From Aquifex aeolicus VF5 (lineage in GTDB: Bacteria > Aquificota > Aquificia > Aquificales > Aquificaceae), in contig NC_000918.1 in assembly GCF_000008625.1 (NCBI RefSeq), forward strand, positions 780,001-812,000: a DNA stretch of 32,000 nucleotides, written 5' to 3'. Of the stretch, positions 1 to 8,874 are shown piece after piece; positions within the stretch are counted from its first letter, which is position 1; every line of letters begins with the position of its first letter. Below the pieces are notes generated by a model. The model saw nothing but the letters and a program-made list of their open reading frames with translations, had not been told where the DNA came from and did not search any database. The translations under genes were made by a program, and so were the position numbers.

Positions 1-2
1 TT

Positions 3-167
3 GAGCCCTTTTACACTACAAAACAAAACGGAACGGGACTGGGACTTTCCATAGTAAAAACTTTTGTAGAAGGTATGAACGGAAAAATTGAAGTAAAAAA
101 CTGCAGCGGTGCTTTGGTTAAAGTGTATCTGCCGGAGGTAGCGGAAAGTGAACGTTTTGGTAATTGA
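3..167 (+). CDS. Sensor histidine kinase, C-terminal fragment (HATPase_c domain); the 5' end lies outside the window
   Basis: Frame 3 reads EPFYTTKQNGTGLGLSIVKTFVEGMNGKIEVKN...YLPEV, ending at TGA 165-167. GTGLGLSIV is the G2 ATP-lid box of histidine kinases. The gene overlaps the downstream response-regulator start by 20 nt, as expected for a two-component operon. Confidence 0.8.
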   Translation, partial: EPFYTTKQNGTGLGLSIVKTFVEGMNGKIEVKNCSGALVKVYLPEVAESERFGN

Positions 168-1467
168 AGATGACAAGGTTTTCAGAGGTTTACTCGAGGA
201 ATACCTTTCCATGAAAGGTATAAAAGTTGAGAGTGCTGAGAGGGGAAAGGAAGCGTACAAACTCCTTTCGGAAAAACACTTCAACGTGGTACTCCTTGAT
301 CTCCTGCTTCCAGACGTGAACGGACTGGAAATACTCAAGTGGATTAAAGAAAGAAGCCCGGAAACGGAAGTAATCGTAATTACGGGACACGGAACTATAA
401 AAACTGCGGTAGAAGCTATGAAAATGGGAGCGTACGACTTTTTAACAAAACCCTGCATGCTCGAAGAAATAGAACTCACTATAAATAAGGCGATAGAACA
501 CAGGAAATTGAGGAAAGAAAACGAATTACTGAGAAGGGAAAAGGACTTAAAGGAAGAGGAGTACGTATTCGAAAGCCCCAAAATGAAGGAGATTCTGGAA
601 AAAATTAAGAAGATTTCCTGTGCGGAATGTCCCGTCCTTATCACGGGAGAAAGCGGAGTTGGAAAGGAGGTTGTGGCACGGCTTATACACAAATTGAGCG
701 ACAGATCTAAAGAGCCCTTTGTTGCATTAAATGTTGCTTCAATTCCCCGGGATATATTCGAAGCGGAACTCTTCGGGTACGAAAAGGGAGCCTTCACGGG
801 AGCAGTATCTTCCAAGGAAGGTTTTTTTGAGCTTGCGGACGGAGGAACACTCTTTTTGGACGAGATAGGTGAGCTGAGTTTAGAGGCTCAGGCAAAACTG
901 CTCAGGGTAATTGAGAGCGGAAAGTTTTACAGACTCGGCGGAAGGAAGGAAATTGAAGTAAACGTAAGGATTCTGGCCGCAACTAATAGAAACATTAAAG
1001 AACTTGTAAAGGAAGGAAAGTTCAGGGAAGACCTTTACTACAGACTCGGAGTTATCGAGATAGAAATACCACCTTTGAGGGAAAGGAAGGAAGACATAAT
1101 CCCTCTCGCCAATCACTTTCTGAAAAAGTTTAGCAGGAAGTACGCAAAAGAAGTGGAGGGATTCACAAAAAGTGCCCAAGAACTTCTACTAAGTTATCCC
1201 TGGTACGGAAACGTGAGGGAACTCAAAAACGTAATTGAAAGGGCTGTACTCTTTTCCGAGGGAAAGTTTATAGACAGAGGGGAATTGTCCTGCTTGGTAA
1301 ATTCAAAAGGGATAAAAAACAAACACAAAAGTATAAAGGAAATTGAAAAGGAAGAAATAATAAAAGTCTTGAAAGAGGTAAATTTCAATAAAAAACTTGC
1401 TTCCGAGATCCTTGGGATTCCCTTAAGAACTCTCTACAGGAGACTGAAGGAGTACGGAATAGAGTAA
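148..1467 (+). CDS. ntrC1: Sigma54-dependent response regulator of the NtrC family (receiver + AAA+ + Fis-type HTH)
   Basis: GTG start with GGAGGT (134-139) 8 nt upstream. The receiver domain carries the phospho-acceptor LLDLLLPD. AAA+ motifs are Walker A GESGVGKE, the GAFTGA sigma54-contact loop, Walker B LFLDEIGE and RELKN. The C-terminal HTH is KLASEILGIPLRTLYRRLKEYGI. From memory the sequence matches the crystallised A. aeolicus NtrC1. Confidence 0.95.
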   Translation: MNVLVIEDDKVFRGLLEEYLSMKGIKVESAERGKEAYKLLSEKHFNVVLLDLLLPDVNGLEILKWIKERSPETEVIVITGHGTIKTAVEAMKMGAYDFLTKPCMLEEIELTINKAIEHRKLRKENELLRREKDLKEEEYVFESPKMKEILEKIKKISCAECPVLITGESGVGKEVVARLIHKLSDRSKEPFVALNVASIPRDIFEAELFGYEKGAFTGAVSSKEGFFELADGGTLFLDEIGELSLEAQAKLLRVIESGKFYRLGGRKEIEVNVRILAATNRNIKELVKEGKFREDLYYRLGVIEIEIPPLRERKEDIIPLANHFLKKFSRKYAKEVEGFTKSAQELLLSYPWYGNVRELKNVIERAVLFSEGKFIDRGELSCLVNSKGIKNKHKSIKEIEKEEIIKVLKEVNFNKKLASEILGIPLRTLYRRLKEYGIE

Positions 1468-1476
1468 TTGTCAGAC

Positions 1477-1502
1477 TGGCAAATTTTTGCCAAAATGGCA
1501 AA
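1477..1502. promoter_or_regulatory. Candidate enhancer (UAS): inverted repeat TGGCAAA-TT-TTTGCCA (1477-1492) plus a third TGGCAAA half-site (1496-1502)
   Basis: The 7-bp arms are perfect when read directly from the sequence. The repeat is centred about 60 bp upstream of the -24 element, in the ntrC1-dsrE-like intergenic region. The activator that binds it is inferred, not shown. Confidence 0.4.
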
Positions 1503-1542
1503 AATCCCTTCCTCTAACCCTTGATTTTCAAGCTCAAGAATT

Positions 1543-1558
1543 TGGCACACTACTTGCA
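1543..1558 (+). promoter_or_regulatory. Sigma54 (RpoN) -24/-12 promoter TGGCAC-N5-TTGCA
   Basis: The sequence TGGCACACTACTTGCA has GG at 1544-1545, GC at 1556-1557 and exactly 10 nt between them. This matches the consensus YTGGCACG-N4-TTGCW. It lies 26 nt upstream of the ATG at 1584 and directly after a sigma54 activator gene. Confidence 0.7.
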
Positions 1559-1583
1559 TTTATCCGTTCAGGAGGTGAGAGAT

Positions 1584-2078
1584 ATGAGGAGAAGAGACTT
1601 TTTAACCTTAGGTGCAGCTTTTTTACTTACCGCTGCCGTACCATCATTTTCAATTGAAAGACTCTCTTTCAAAGATCTCAAGAAAAAAGCGGAGATCGAC
1701 GTGGTTTACCACGCGGACTTTCCTCAGGAAAAGCGTTTCAAGACTATGCTGAGGAACATAACAAACCACCTTTCCGTCTACAACTTCGATCCCTTTAAGG
1801 TTCACATCGTCGTTGTTGCACACGGAGCTGGGGCAAAGTTCTTCCTGAAAGATCTTAAAGGTACAAGGTGGGAAAAGGAACCTATAGATCAGAAAGCTAT
1901 AAAGGCTAAGCTTGAAGAGCTACAGCAGTACGGTGTAGAGTTCTACGTTTGCGGGATAACGGTAAAGAGGCTAAAACTAAAGGACAAGCTCTACGACTTC
2001 GTAAAGATAGTTCCCTCGGGTGTTGGTGCCGTTGCACATCTTCAAAAAATCGGTTACGCCTACATAAAGGTTCAGTAA
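1584..2078 (+). CDS. DsrE/DsrF-like family protein (COG1416-like) with a twin-arginine (Tat) signal peptide
   Basis: The internal ATG at 1584 is preceded by GGAGGTGA (1571-1578). The N-terminus MRRRDFLTLGAAFLLTAAVPSFS is a classic Tat signal (RRxFL plus an h-region). The mature part (VVYHADFP...HIVVVAHGAGAKFF...FYVCGITVKRL) resembles the DsrE-like alpha/beta fold with a conserved Cys. The family call rests on recollection of its motifs. Confidence 0.7.
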   Translation: MRRRDFLTLGAAFLLTAAVPSFSIERLSFKDLKKKAEIDVVYHADFPQEKRFKTMLRNITNHLSVYNFDPFKVHIVVVAHGAGAKFFLKDLKGTRWEKEPIDQKAIKAKLEELQQYGVEFYVCGITVKRLKLKDKLYDFVKIVPSGVGAVAHLQKIGYAYIKVQ

Positions 2079-2091
2079 AGGAGGAGGGGCT

Positions 2092-3616
2092 ATGAAGAAG
2101 TACATCGTACCTCTCGGAATTTCCCTTCTCGCTCTTTCTACACCCTCTCACGCCATAAGGATATGGAGTCCTTCAGAAAACCAGTTCTTAGATATATATA
2201 AACTTCCTTATACAAACTTGGCTGAGATACCAGGAGATAAGCGATAAAAACAGACCTAACTTCATCAAAGGAGACAACAGGACCGATTTTTCTTTCAGGA
2301 GAATAAGGGTAAGGTTCGGAGGAAGTTTAAACAAATGGTTCAAGTTTAATTTGGTAATAAGGCTGAACAACGTGGGAAGGGACGCATACCTCGCACCCTT
2401 CGGAGGTCAACCTGCGGGGTACAAAAGACAGGGTGAACTTTTGGGAGGCAGGAACTTCGCGCTCCACGAACTAGATCTGAAGTTTGCACTTCACGAACTC
2501 CTAGAAACGAGAGGTTGGATCTGGGATCTACACTTGGGTTTTCCTAGAGTTCCGCTTGGAAGAGAACAGTACGGAAGAACAGGATTCGACAACTTGGAAA
2601 GTGACAGAACATTGGCAACTCTCAGGTGGACTCACTTCACCGTTGCAAACGTTACGGGGCGTTCTTACGGTGCGTACTTACACGTGAGGAAAGGAAATAA
2701 GGCTAAAGGTTTTAAGAGGATTACTTGGGATGGTTTTCTCGGAATCTTTGACGGATTTAAAGGAACTGATCAACCTTGGGATGAAACGGTGAGGGGAACG
2801 GATGCAAGCCAGTACGGTTGTAACGCAGCATGCCTATCCCAACTAAGGATGTAATTCCAAAGACTCCTTCCTGTACACTTTCAGAACGACTCTAATGTTT
2901 GGAAAACCGGAAGGGAAACCTAAAGGACTTAACTGGCTTTACAGGGACACTTACATAGGAAAGAGGAAGGGAATAACCCTTGGTTTTTCCTTTGCTATGC
3001 AAAACGACATAGATCAGGAACTCATATCAGACACACAGGGTCCGGCTCCAGGGATAAACGGACAAGGAAAACCTTCTCCAGGTGCGGGAAGTGTACAAGT
3101 AAGGGTGCCGTATATGATACTCCCGAATCCCATTACCACTCCCGAAGTGAGAAATCATCCGGTAGATATGAGGATGTACGGTGCGGACTTAGCAATCCAC
3201 TACGGTCCCTTATCTTTCATACTCGAAGCTGGACAACACCAGTTTAAAAACGTTTTCTTAGACGCACAAAAACTTAGTGAAGACTTTAAAAACAATTGGT
3301 TCATAATAAAAGGAGCTTACGCCTTAAATCCCAAGAGCACTACAGTCTTTGAGCCTTACGTCAGTTATTACATATGGGATCCGGATATAAAGGAAGATTC
3401 AAAGGGTAGGGCTTACGGTGATGCGGCTAACTTTATCAAAGGAAACAAAGCCGGCAAGGAAAAGGCAACATTAGGAAAAATATCCGTGACATCTTTAGGA
3501 GTAAACATCTGGTATACAAAAGCGAAGCTCATGAGCTTAACCTTTGAGTATCAAATAATAAACGAAGAGAGAAACGAAATAACGCCTTTACCGTTCAATT
3601 CCGCTTTGTCTTTTAG
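2092..3616 (+). pseudogene. Phosphate-selective porin O/P-like outer-membrane beta-barrel gene with multiple frame disruptions
   Basis: The ATG at 2092 follows AGGAGGAGGGG and encodes the signal peptide MKKYIVPLGISLLALSTPSHA. The reading frame then switches from frame 1 (stop at 2245-2247) to frame 2 (open 2192-2854), then to frame 0 (open 2847 onward), then to frame 2 at about 3560-3583. It ends ...NAFTVQFRFVF* at 3614-3616, a typical beta-barrel C-terminal signature with a terminal Phe. Internal motifs FSFRRIRVRFGG and LGFPRVPLGREQY...ESDR resemble the Porin_O_P family. Confidence 0.55.
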
Positions 3617-3681
3617 CCGGCACCTTCCTTTAATCTTTCTTCGTTTCTGTTCCCAGAGCTTTCCTAACTCCAGTCCATACC

Positions 3682-6600
3682 TTAAATATTGCCCCTTCTA
3701 AAATCTACGTAAATGGCGTATAGTGCGGGCACTATTATAAGCACTATTACTATTGTCGAGAGTATACCTCCTACCATAGGTGCAGCAATTCTGGACATAA
3801 CCTCGCTTCCCGTGCCGTGTCCAAGCATTATGGGAAGGAGACCTATGAGAATAGCCCCGAAAGTCATAAACTTGGGTCTTATCCTCTTGACAGCTCCCTT
3901 GTATATAGCTTCAAAGGCATCTTTTTTACTCCTTATTTCGCTCTCTTTCAGGGCGTTTTGTATGTAAACCACCATAACTATTCCCATTTCTGCCGCTATT
4001 CCGAGGAGTGCCAAAAATCCAGCTATCGAGGCTATTGAGATGTTGTAGTTGAGAAGGTACATGAGCAGGACTCCGCCGAAAGTGGCTATCGGAAGGGTTA
4101 TGAGAACGAGGAAAGTCTCAAAGAGTTTGTTGAAGGTAAACCACACGAGAAGGATTATCAGGAGTATTACAGAAGGGACTATGACTTTCAGGTTTTCCAG
4201 AGCTTTTTTCCAGTACTCGAACTGACCGCTCCACTCGTAGTAGTAACCTTTTGGAAGTTTTAAATTCTCTTTAAGAACCTTTTCAGCCCTTTCAATTACG
4301 GTTCCCATATCCACTTCCGGGTCGGGTGTTACGAAGACGTAGCTAACGAGAAGACCGTTTTCAGACTTTATACTGGAAGGACTTTCCTTTACGACCACGT
4401 CCGCCACTGCGGAAAGGGGAACGAATTTATCCTTCATAGGAATCGTAAGCGTTTCCAACTCGTACCTGTAGTCCAGAGGAATACCTAAGGTTACTGAGTA
4501 CCTTTCCCTTCCCAAGATCACAGTACTGATTTTCTTATTTGCAAAGAGTGTTAAAATGGCTTCGTTCACGTCTCCCACTGTAAGACCGTACCTATCTAAT
4601 TCTTCCCTCTTCGGAATTATCTCAACGTACAGGGCGTTTGCGGAACGCTCTCCGAAAACGCTCATAATCCCAGGAACGTCCTTCAGTAGTTTTTCTATTT
4701 CCTGAGCTACTTCGTTTAACTTATTCACATCATCTCCGTAAACTTTTATACCGAGCGGTGTCTGTATGCCCGTGGTAATCATATCTATCCTTCCCTTTAT
4801 GGGCATGGTCCACATGTTGGAAAGCCCGGGCAGGGATATAGCCTTATCCATTTCCCTAATTAGCTCTGCATAAGTTAAAGGTCTTTCCTCAGGGAATACT
4901 TTCCTCAGGATATCCTTTATAAATTCGGGGATTTCCCAGTCGGAATAAAATCTCTCAACTTTTACCTTCCTCCACTCTTCCTGAGGCTTCAGGGTTATGA
5001 AAGTCTCTATCATGGACATGGGAGCGGGATCGGTGGGTGTGTTTGCCCTTCCCGCCTTTCCGAGAACGGACTCCACTTCCGGAAACTCCTTCAGTATTCT
5101 GTCCTGAATGTTCAGTATTCTGAGCATCTCCTGTCTCGATACGCTGGGCACCGTCGTTGGCATGTACATAAGGGTTCCTTCGTTGAGGGGAGGCATGAAT
5201 TCTCTGCCAAGTTTCTCGTAAAGGTAAAAGGTTGCAACGCCCATAAAGATGAAGAGGATTAAGAGAAGGTACCTCAGTTTTATGGAAATGTGAAACACGG
5301 GGTCGTATACCTTTATAAGTAATTTAACGAGGGGATTTTTCTCCTCTCCGGGGATGCGTCCCCTTATAAAGTAGTAGGCTAATACAGGTACAACGATAAC
5401 CGATATTATGGAGGCGATGAGCATTGAGAGGGTCTTTGTTGCAACGAGGGGTTCAAAAAGCCTTCCAGCCTGTCCTTCCAGAGCAAAAAGCGGAACGAAG
5501 GAAACGGTAACTATCAAAAGGGCGAAAAATATGGGTTTCCCCACGTCTTTGGCGGAATGAACGATGGCGTCCCAGAGTTTTTCCCCCTCTTCAAGTCTCC
5601 TGTGTATGTTTTCTACGAGAACAATCGCGGCATCAACCATAGTCCCAATCGCAATCGCTATACCGCCGAGGGACATTATGTTCGAAGTAATGCCGAGATG
5701 GTTCATAACGGCAAAGGTGGTGAGAATGGAAAGTACGAGGAATATTATGATTACGAGCGCACTCCTTACGTGAAAGAGGAATATCCCCACTATCAGAAGG
5801 ACGACTACAGACTCCTCTATGAGCTTCCTCTTCAGGTTTTCTATTGCACTTTCTATAAGCGTTGAGCGGTCGTAAGCGGTTAAAACCTGCACGTCCTCCG
5901 GAAGCCCCTTCTTAACTTCTTCCAGTTTTTCTTTTACCCTTTGTATAACTTTGTACGCGTCCGCCCCGAAGCGCATAACGACTATTCCCGCAACCGTATC
6001 CCCCATACCGTTGAAGTCCGCAACTCCCATCCTGAAGGCGGGAACCTCTACGACCTTTGCCACATCTTCAAGCCTTATGGGTACTCCGTCCCTTTCCGCT
6101 ACTACCGTTTTCTCTATTTCTTCCCTATTCTTTACGTATCCAACTGCTCTTATAAGGTACTCCTTCTCGTTTATCTCCACGTACTTTCCGCCGGTTTCAA
6201 CGTTGGTCCTCTTTATAGCCCTGTAGAGTTCTCCCAGAGATATTCCGTACTGGTAGAGCTTTTCAGGCTTTACGAGAATTCTGTACTCTTTTTCAAAACC
6301 CCCTACGGACGCAACTTCCGCAACGTCCGGAATAGAGAGGAGTGCGTACTTGATATAGAAGTTCTGGAGTGCCCAGAGTTCTTCTAAGGTTCTCTTTTTG
6401 GAGACTAAAACGTACTTGTAAACCCATCCGACACCCGTCGCGTCCGGACCAAGTTCAATCCTCGCATCTTGTGGCAATTGACTTCTTATTGAAGAGAGCT
6501 TTTCCAGAACTCTGCTCCTTGCCCAGTAGAGATCCGTTCCGTCTTCAAATATCACGAAAACTAAGGAAAAGTTCGGAAAGGAGTATCCCCTCACGGTCTT

Positions 6601-6834
6601 TACCTTGGGGACTCCCATCATGTTAGTCACGAGGGGATAGGTGAGCTGGTCCTCTATAACTTGCGGTATCTGCCCAATCCACTCGGAGTATATAATCACC
6701 TGAACGTCTGAAAGATCAGGTATTGCGTCTATGGGGGTCTTCTTAAGGGAATAATACCCGTAAAACAGGAGAAAGATGGATATAAAGAGAATAGGAAGCC
6801 TGTTTCTCAGGAGTATTTCGGTAAACCTTTCCAT
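3682..6834 (-). CDS. cusA: Heavy-metal efflux RND inner-membrane pump (HME-RND, CusA/CzcA family)
   Basis: The 1050-aa protein has 12-TM RND architecture with two large periplasmic loops, and the N-terminus MERFTEILLRNRLPILFISIFLL is typical of the CzcA/CusA family. GAGGTGA lies upstream. The gene starts 6 bp after the ATPase gene, in an operon with cusC and cusB homologues. Confidence 0.9.
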   Translation of the reverse strand: MERFTEILLRNRLPILFISIFLLFYGYYSLKKTPIDAIPDLSDVQVIIYSEWIGQIPQVIEDQLTYPLVTNMMGVPKVKTVRGYSFPNFSLVFVIFEDGTDLYWARSRVLEKLSSIRSQLPQDARIELGPDATGVGWVYKYVLVSKKRTLEELWALQNFYIKYALLSIPDVAEVASVGGFEKEYRILVKPEKLYQYGISLGELYRAIKRTNVETGGKYVEINEKEYLIRAVGYVKNREEIEKTVVAERDGVPIRLEDVAKVVEVPAFRMGVADFNGMGDTVAGIVVMRFGADAYKVIQRVKEKLEEVKKGLPEDVQVLTAYDRSTLIESAIENLKRKLIEESVVVLLIVGIFLFHVRSALVIIIFLVLSILTTFAVMNHLGITSNIMSLGGIAIAIGTMVDAAIVLVENIHRRLEEGEKLWDAIVHSAKDVGKPIFFALLIVTVSFVPLFALEGQAGRLFEPLVATKTLSMLIASIISVIVVPVLAYYFIRGRIPGEEKNPLVKLLIKVYDPVFHISIKLRYLLLILFIFMGVATFYLYEKLGREFMPPLNEGTLMYMPTTVPSVSRQEMLRILNIQDRILKEFPEVESVLGKAGRANTPTDPAPMSMIETFITLKPQEEWRKVKVERFYSDWEIPEFIKDILRKVFPEERPLTYAELIREMDKAISLPGLSNMWTMPIKGRIDMITTGIQTPLGIKVYGDDVNKLNEVAQEIEKLLKDVPGIMSVFGERSANALYVEIIPKREELDRYGLTVGDVNEAILTLFANKKISTVILGRERYSVTLGIPLDYRYELETLTIPMKDKFVPLSAVADVVVKESPSSIKSENGLLVSYVFVTPDPEVDMGTVIERAEKVLKENLKLPKGYYYEWSGQFEYWKKALENLKVIVPSVILLIILLVWFTFNKLFETFLVLITLPIATFGGVLLMYLLNYNISIASIAGFLALLGIAAEMGIVMVVYIQNALKESEIRSKKDAFEAIYKGAVKRIRPKFMTFGAILIGLLPIMLGHGTGSEVMSRIAAPMVGGILSTIVIVLIIVPALYAIYVDFRRGNI

Positions 6835-6840
6835 GGGTTA

Positions 6841-8835
6841 TCACCTCAGTTCTTTTTTCATAAGCATAGAGTTCAGGGCTACGATTACGGTGCTTGCACT
6901 CATGAATATCGCTCCAACCGCAGGTTTGAGAACAAATCCCCACGGATAACCGAGTCCCGTGGCGAGGGGCAAAGTAATTACGTTGTAGCCGACAGCCCAA
7001 AAGAGGTTCTGGAGCATCTTGCTCACGGTTACTTGAGAAAGCTTTATTACCTTCACCACGTCTCTCGGATCGCTCTTTACGAGAATTACGTCCGCACTCT
7101 CTATGGCTATATCCGTTCCCGAACCTATTGCTATACCCACGTCCGCCTGAATTAAAGCGGGAGCGTCGTTCACACCGTCTCCAACCATAGCCACGCTGTA
7201 ACCCCTATCCTGAAGCTCCTTAATCTTTTGAGCCTTTTCGTGGGGAAGAACCCTAGCAAAATACTCGTCCATTTCCAGCTCTTTTGCCACGTACTTTGCA
7301 ACCTCTTCGGAATCACCTGTTATCATGACTACCTTCTTACCGAGTTCCTTTAAACTTCTTACCGCTTCGTAAGATTCCTCTTTTATCCTGTCTGCCAAGG
7401 CTATTATCCCTGCTAGTTTCCCGTCCATTGAGGCGAAAACCACGGTTTTACCTTCCGACTGCAAACTCCTTGCCCTTTCTACGAGTTCCTCATCGAGCTT
7501 TACGTTAATTTCCTTTAAAAACTCAAGCGTTCCCACGCAAACGTTTCTGCCCGACACTTCTCCGCACACACCTTTTCCGGGAAAAGCTTTGAAGTTTTTT
7601 ACTTCTTCTTTTTCCTTTGCGTAAGAGACTATAGCTCTCGCTATTACGTGTTCCGAATGGTTCTCAACACTCGCAACGAATTTTAAAAATTCTCCTTCTT
7701 CAATATCCTTCGTAATTACTTCCGTAACACCTAACTTACCTTCTGTCAGGGTACCTGTTTTGTCAAAAACTACCACGTCAATGTCTTTCGCCTTTTCCAA
7801 GGCAAGCCTGTTTCTCACGAGTATTCCGTTTCTCGCTGAATAGGAAGTGGATATGGATACGACCAAAGGTATGGCGAGTCCCAGAGCGTGGGGGCATGCG
7901 GTTACCATGACCGTTACAGCCCTCTCAACGGCAAAGTTTAAATCTCCCAGGTAATACCACCAGAAGAGGAGTGAAATGGAGCCCAGACTTACGGCTATAA
8001 CGGTAAGGTAAAAGGCTGCACGATCCGCAAGGCTCTGGAGTTTCGTCTTTGATTCCTGAGCCTCTTTAACGAGCTTTATCACCTGTTTTAAGTAAGTTTC
8101 CTCTCCGGTCTTCTCTACGCGAACTTTAATGGAACCTTCCAAGTTTACGGAACCACCTATTACTTTATCCCCTGGCTTTTTGGGTACGGGTCTTGACTCT
8201 CCAGTTAACATGGATTCGTCCACGTGCGTATTCCCTTCCACTACGGTTCCGTCCGTCGGTATCTTTTCACCAGGTCTGACAAGAACTAAATCTCCCTTTT
8301 TTAATTTCTCCACGGGAACGTCAATCAAGCCCTTTTGTGTAACGAGATGTGCCTTTGAGGGGATTAGCTTTACAAGTTCTTCTAAAGCCCTCCCCGCTCC
8401 GAGTACTGACTTCATTTCCACGTAGTGACCCCAGAGCATTACCACGATCAGGGTCGTAAGTTCCCAGAAAAACTCCTTTCCTCCGAAAAAGAAAGTGTAA
8501 ACGCTGTAGATGTAAGCCACACTTATCGCAAGACCCACAAGGGTCATCATTCCCGGATTTTTCTTTTTTAATTCTTCTAACATTCCTTTCAGGAAGAAAG
8601 TACCGCCGTATATAAACACCGCTGTGGAAAGTAGTAGAATTACCCAGTTAGAGTAAGGGAAGGATACTTTTATTCCAATCAATTCCTGTATACTGGGAGA
8701 AAGGACAACTACGGGAACGGTTAAAATCGTGGTTATTAAAGCCTTTCTCTTAATAATTTCCGCGTGATGTGCATGTTCATGTTTTTCACTTTTTCTTTTT
8801 AATTCGTGTTTGTGTTTATCGTGATGTTCGTGCAT
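6841..8835 (-). CDS. copB: Copper-translocating P1B-type ATPase of the CopB type (His-rich N-terminus, CPH motif)
   Basis: Motifs seen are TGES (MLTGESRPV), CPH in TM6 (VTACPHALG), DKTGTLT, SEHV (an SEHPL-like motif), HEK and [10 protein letters not shown]. The N-terminus [26 protein letters not shown] is His-rich and there is no CxxC HMA domain. GGAGGAG lies upstream. It may correspond to the A. aeolicus CopB-like ATPase called CtrA3 in the literature; this is unverified. Confidence 0.9.
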   Translation of the reverse strand: MHEHHDKHKHELKRKSEKHEHAHHAEIIKRKALITTILTVPVVVLSPSIQELIGIKVSFPYSNWVILLLSTAVFIYGGTFFLKGMLEELKKKNPGMMTLVGLAISVAYIYSVYTFFFGGKEFFWELTTLIVVMLWGHYVEMKSVLGAGRALEELVKLIPSKAHLVTQKGLIDVPVEKLKKGDLVLVRPGEKIPTDGTVVEGNTHVDESMLTGESRPVPKKPGDKVIGGSVNLEGSIKVRVEKTGEETYLKQVIKLVKEAQESKTKLQSLADRAAFYLTVIAVSLGSISLLFWWYYLGDLNFAVERAVTVMVTACPHALGLAIPLVVSISTSYSARNGILVRNRLALEKAKDIDVVVFDKTGTLTEGKLGVTEVITKDIEEGEFLKFVASVENHSEHVIARAIVSYAKEKEEVKNFKAFPGKGVCGEVSGRNVCVGTLEFLKEINVKLDEELVERARSLQSEGKTVVFASMDGKLAGIIALADRIKEESYEAVRSLKELGKKVVMITGDSEEVAKYVAKELEMDEYFARVLPHEKAQKIKELQDRGYSVAMVGDGVNDAPALIQADVGIAIGSGTDIAIESADVILVKSDPRDVVKVIKLSQVTVSKMLQNLFWAVGYNVITLPLATGLGYPWGFVLKPAVGAIFMSASTVIVALNSMLMKKELR

Positions 8836-8874
8836 ACTACTCCTCCAAAAATAAAGGGAAAAAGGAAGAGAAAA

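Noticed and set aside
1477-1492. The palindrome TGGCAAATTTTTGCCA read as a rho-independent terminator for ntrC1, or as a second sigma54 promoter.
   Set aside because: As a hairpin it would have a 2-nt loop and no downstream T-tract. As a promoter its GG-to-GC spacing is 9 nt rather than 10. A protein-binding dyad is the better reading, but that remains inference.
1521-1583. The TTG-initiated 5' extension of the DsrE-like ORF (MIFKLKNLAHYLHLSVQEVRD).
   Set aside because: The extension covers the sigma54 promoter itself and would bury the Tat signal. The ATG at 1584 has a strong SD at ideal spacing.
2351-3701. ORFs 2351-2854 and 2895-3701 treated as two independent protein-coding genes, including the tail of the second that overlaps cusA.
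   Set aside because: Both lack credible starts and SDs, and their open frames extend upstream of the listed start codons. Together with 2092-2247 and the frame-2 ending FRFVF* at 3616, they reconstruct one porin. The 3584-3701 tail of the second ORF is out-of-frame read-through.
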